DNA of 5,386 nt from Enterobacteria phage MED1. The DNA lies in sequence record KJ997912.1; one strand, given 5' to 3'. Both the position numbers and the translations under genes were made by a program. The notes below the pieces were generated by a model. It was given only the letters and a program-made list of their open reading frames with translations, was not told the DNA's origin and searched no databases. Positions 3,981 through 5,386 of this stretch are shown here, in pieces. Every line of letters starts with the position of its first letter. Position 1 is the stretch's first letter.

Positions 3981-5386
3981 ATGGTTCGTTCGTATTACCC
4001 TTCTGAATGTCACGCTGATTATTTTGACTTTGAGCGTATCGAGGCTCTTAAACCTGCTATCGAGGCCTGTGGCATTTCTACTCTTTCCCAATCTCCGATG
4101 CTTGCCTTCCATAAGCAGATGGATAACCGCATCAAGCTCCTTGAAGAGATTTTGTCATTTCGTATGCAGGGCGTTGAGTTCGATAATGGTGATATGTATG
4201 TCGACGGTCATAAGGCTGCTTCTGATGTTCGTGATGAGTTTGTGTCTGTTACTGAAAAGTTAATGGATGAATTGGCACAATGTTACAACGTGCTCCCCCA
4301 ACTTGATATTAATAACACTATAGACCACCGCCCCGAAGGGGACGAAAAATGGTTTTTAGAGAACGAGAAGACGGTTACGCAGTTTTGCCGTAAGCTGGCT
4401 GCTGAACGCCCTCTTAAGGATATTCGAGATGAGTATAATTACCCCAAAAAGAAAGGTATTAAGGATGAGTGTTCAAGATTGTTGGAGGCCTCCACTATGA
4501 AATCGCGTAGAGGCTTTACTATTCAACGTTTGATGAATGCAATGCGTCAGGCTCACGCTGATGGCTGGTTTATCGTTTTTGACACTCTTACGCTGGCTGA
4601 TGACCGCTTAGAGGCGTTTTATGATAATCCCAATGCTTTGCGTGACTATTTTCGTGATATTGGTCGTATGGTTCTTGCTGCCGAGGGTCGTAAAGCTAAT
4701 GACTCACACGCCGACTGCTATCAGTATTTTTGTGTGCCTGAGTATGGTTCAGCTAATGGCCGTCTTCATTTCCATGCGGTGCATTTTATGCGGACACTTC
4801 CTACAGGTAGCGTTGACCCTAATTTTGGTCGTCGGGTACGCAATCGCCGCCAGTTAAATAGCTTGCAAAACACGTGGCCTTATGGTTACAGTATGCCTAT
4901 CGCAGTTCGCTACACGCAGGACGCTTTTTCACGTTCTGGATGGTTGTGGCCTGTTGATGCTAAAGGTGAGCCGCTTAAAGCTACCAGTTACATGGCTGTT
5001 GGCTTCTATGTGGCTAAATACGTTAACAAAAAGTCAGATATGGACCTTGCCGCTAAAGGTCTAGGAGCTAAAGAATGGAACAACTCACTAAAAACCAAGC
5101 TGTCGCTACTTCCCAAGAAATTATTCAGAATCCGAATGAGCCGCAACTTCGGGATGAAAATGCTCACAATGACCAACCTGTCAATGGAATGCTTAATCCA
5201 GCTTACCAAGCTGGGTTACGACGCGACGCCGTTCAACCAGATATTGAAGCAGAACGCAAAAAGAGAGATGAGATTGAGGCTGGCAAAAGTTACTGTAGCC
5301 GACGTTTTGGCGGCGCAACCTGTGACGACAAATCTGCTCAAATTTATGCGCGCTTCGATAAAAATGATTGGCGTGTCCAACCTGCA
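3981..5386 (+). CDS. A: Replication initiator protein A (HUH rolling-circle endonuclease; 513 aa in total), N-terminal about 468 codons; the ORF runs off the window end and finishes at 1..136
   Basis: ATG 3981 preceded by GGAGG; no in-frame stop to position 5386; HUH motif HFHAVH encoded at 4767-4784; catalytic tyrosine pair in VGFYVAKYVNKK (Tyr codons 5007-5009 and 5019-5021, residues 343 and 347). Confidence 0.95.
   Translation, partial: MVRSYYPSECHADYFDFERIEALKPAIEACGISTLSQSPMLAFHKQMDNRIKLLEEILSFRMQGVEFDNGDMYVDGHKAASDVRDEFVSVTEKLMDELAQCYNVLPQLDINNTIDHRPEGDEKWFLENEKTVTQFCRKLAAERPLKDIRDEYNYPKKKGIKDECSRLLEASTMKSRRGFTIQRLMNAMRQAHADGWFIVFDTLTLADDRLEAFYDNPNALRDYFRDIGRMVLAAEGRKANDSHADCYQYFCVPEYGSANGRLHFHAVHFMRTLPTGSVDPNFGRRVRNRRQLNSLQNTWPYGYSMPIAVRYTQDAFSRSGWLWPVDAKGEPLKATSYMAVGFYVAKYVNKKSDMDLAAKGLGAKEWNNSLKTKLSLLPKKLFRIRMSRNFGMKMLTMTNLSMECLIQLTKLGYDATPFNQILKQNAKREMRLRLAKVTVADVLAAQPVTTNLLKFMRASIKMIGVSNL
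4299..4328 (+). other. Viral-strand origin of replication (30-nt A-protein recognition sequence); nick site between G4305 and A4306
   Basis: CAACTTGATATTAATAACACTATAGACCAC at 4299-4328 is the canonical phiX174 ori, located inside gene A at the same coordinates as in the reference. Confidence 0.85.
4497..5386 (+). CDS. A*: A* protein (341 aa in total): internal in-frame translation initiation within gene A; continues to 1..136
   Basis: In-frame ATG at 4497 preceded by GGAGG at 4484-4488 (8-nt spacing); corresponds to the known A* start of phiX174 (MKSRRGF...). Confidence 0.75.
   Translation, partial: MKSRRGFTIQRLMNAMRQAHADGWFIVFDTLTLADDRLEAFYDNPNALRDYFRDIGRMVLAAEGRKANDSHADCYQYFCVPEYGSANGRLHFHAVHFMRTLPTGSVDPNFGRRVRNRRQLNSLQNTWPYGYSMPIAVRYTQDAFSRSGWLWPVDAKGEPLKATSYMAVGFYVAKYVNKKSDMDLAAKGLGAKEWNNSLKTKLSLLPKKLFRIRMSRNFGMKMLTMTNLSMECLIQLTKLGYDATPFNQILKQNAKREMRLRLAKVTVADVLAAQPVTTNLLKFMRASIKMIGVSNL
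4850..4900 (+). promoter_or_regulatory. Approximate location of promoter pB (inside gene A, upstream of B)
   Basis: Weak sigma70-like elements only (TTGCAA at 4863-4868, then TTACAG/TACAGT around 4886-4892); placed mainly from knowledge that pB lies about 190 nt upstream of B in phiX174. Exact hexamers uncertain. Confidence 0.3.
5075..5386 (+). CDS. B: Internal scaffolding protein B (120 aa in total), embedded in gene A in a different frame; continues at 1..51
   Basis: ATG 5075 with AGGAG at 5063-5067; translation MEQLTKNQAVATSQE... with the conserved C-terminus after the wrap; the N-terminal third carries several substitutions versus the reference as recalled. Confidence 0.9.
   Translation, partial: MEQLTKNQAVATSQEIIQNPNEPQLRDENAHNDQPVNGMLNPAYQAGLRRDAVQPDIEAERKKRDEIEAGKSYCSRRFGGATCDDKSAQIYARFDKNDWRVQPA

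Noticed and set aside
948-5064. Other plus-strand alternative-frame ORFs (948..1196, 1572..1775, 1998..2234, 2552..2776, 3706..3930, 3946..4263, 4621..4857, 4882..5064)
   Set aside because: All lie in off-frames of F, G, H or A, start without convincing Shine-Dalgarno sequences, and encode Leu-rich low-complexity peptides expected from frame-shifted reading of T-rich codons; none corresponds to a known microvirus gene.
1-5386. Possibility that the window hides a novel defence system, CRISPR array, toxin-antitoxin pair or mobile element
   Set aside because: The window is exactly one microvirus genome length with all genes at canonical positions and no unexplained DNA; no repeat-spacer arrays, no tRNA-like or rRNA-like sequences, and no terminal inverted repeats or integrase/transposase ORFs are present.
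1-5386. Interpretation as the phiX174 sequencing spike-in control
   Set aside because: Plausible in principle, since phiX174 is a common contaminant, but the sequence appears to differ from the reference at many positions by recollection, so it is more likely a distinct phiX-like variant; this needs alignment to settle.

Overview
This 5386-nt window is a complete, circularly permuted genome of a phiX174-like microvirus (Microviridae, Bullavirinae), not an undescribed system. All 11 canonical genes (A, A*, B, K, C, D, E, J, F, G, H) lie on the + strand at the coordinates of the phiX174 reference, with genes A/A* and B wrapping from the window end (5386) back to position 1. The window opens with G and closes with CTGCA, so the joined ends rebuild a PstI site (CTGCAG), the conventional phiX174 origin of numbering. 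Every listed ORF is fully accounted for by this compact overlapping-gene architecture; there is no extra DNA, no CRISPR array, no tRNA or rRNA, and no mobile element. Compared with the phiX174 reference as I recall it, the sequence carries many substitutions (mostly synonymous, some amino-acid changes in F, G, H, E and the B N-terminus) but no indels, so it looks like a natural or evolved phiX174-clade variant rather than the reference strain. That divergence is judged from memory and needs an alignment to confirm. Non-coding elements recognised: the 30-nt replication origin inside gene A, the F-G intergenic hairpin (primosome assembly site / terminator), the J-F GGGGC-UUCG-GCCCC hairpin, and the H-A intergenic promoter/terminator region.
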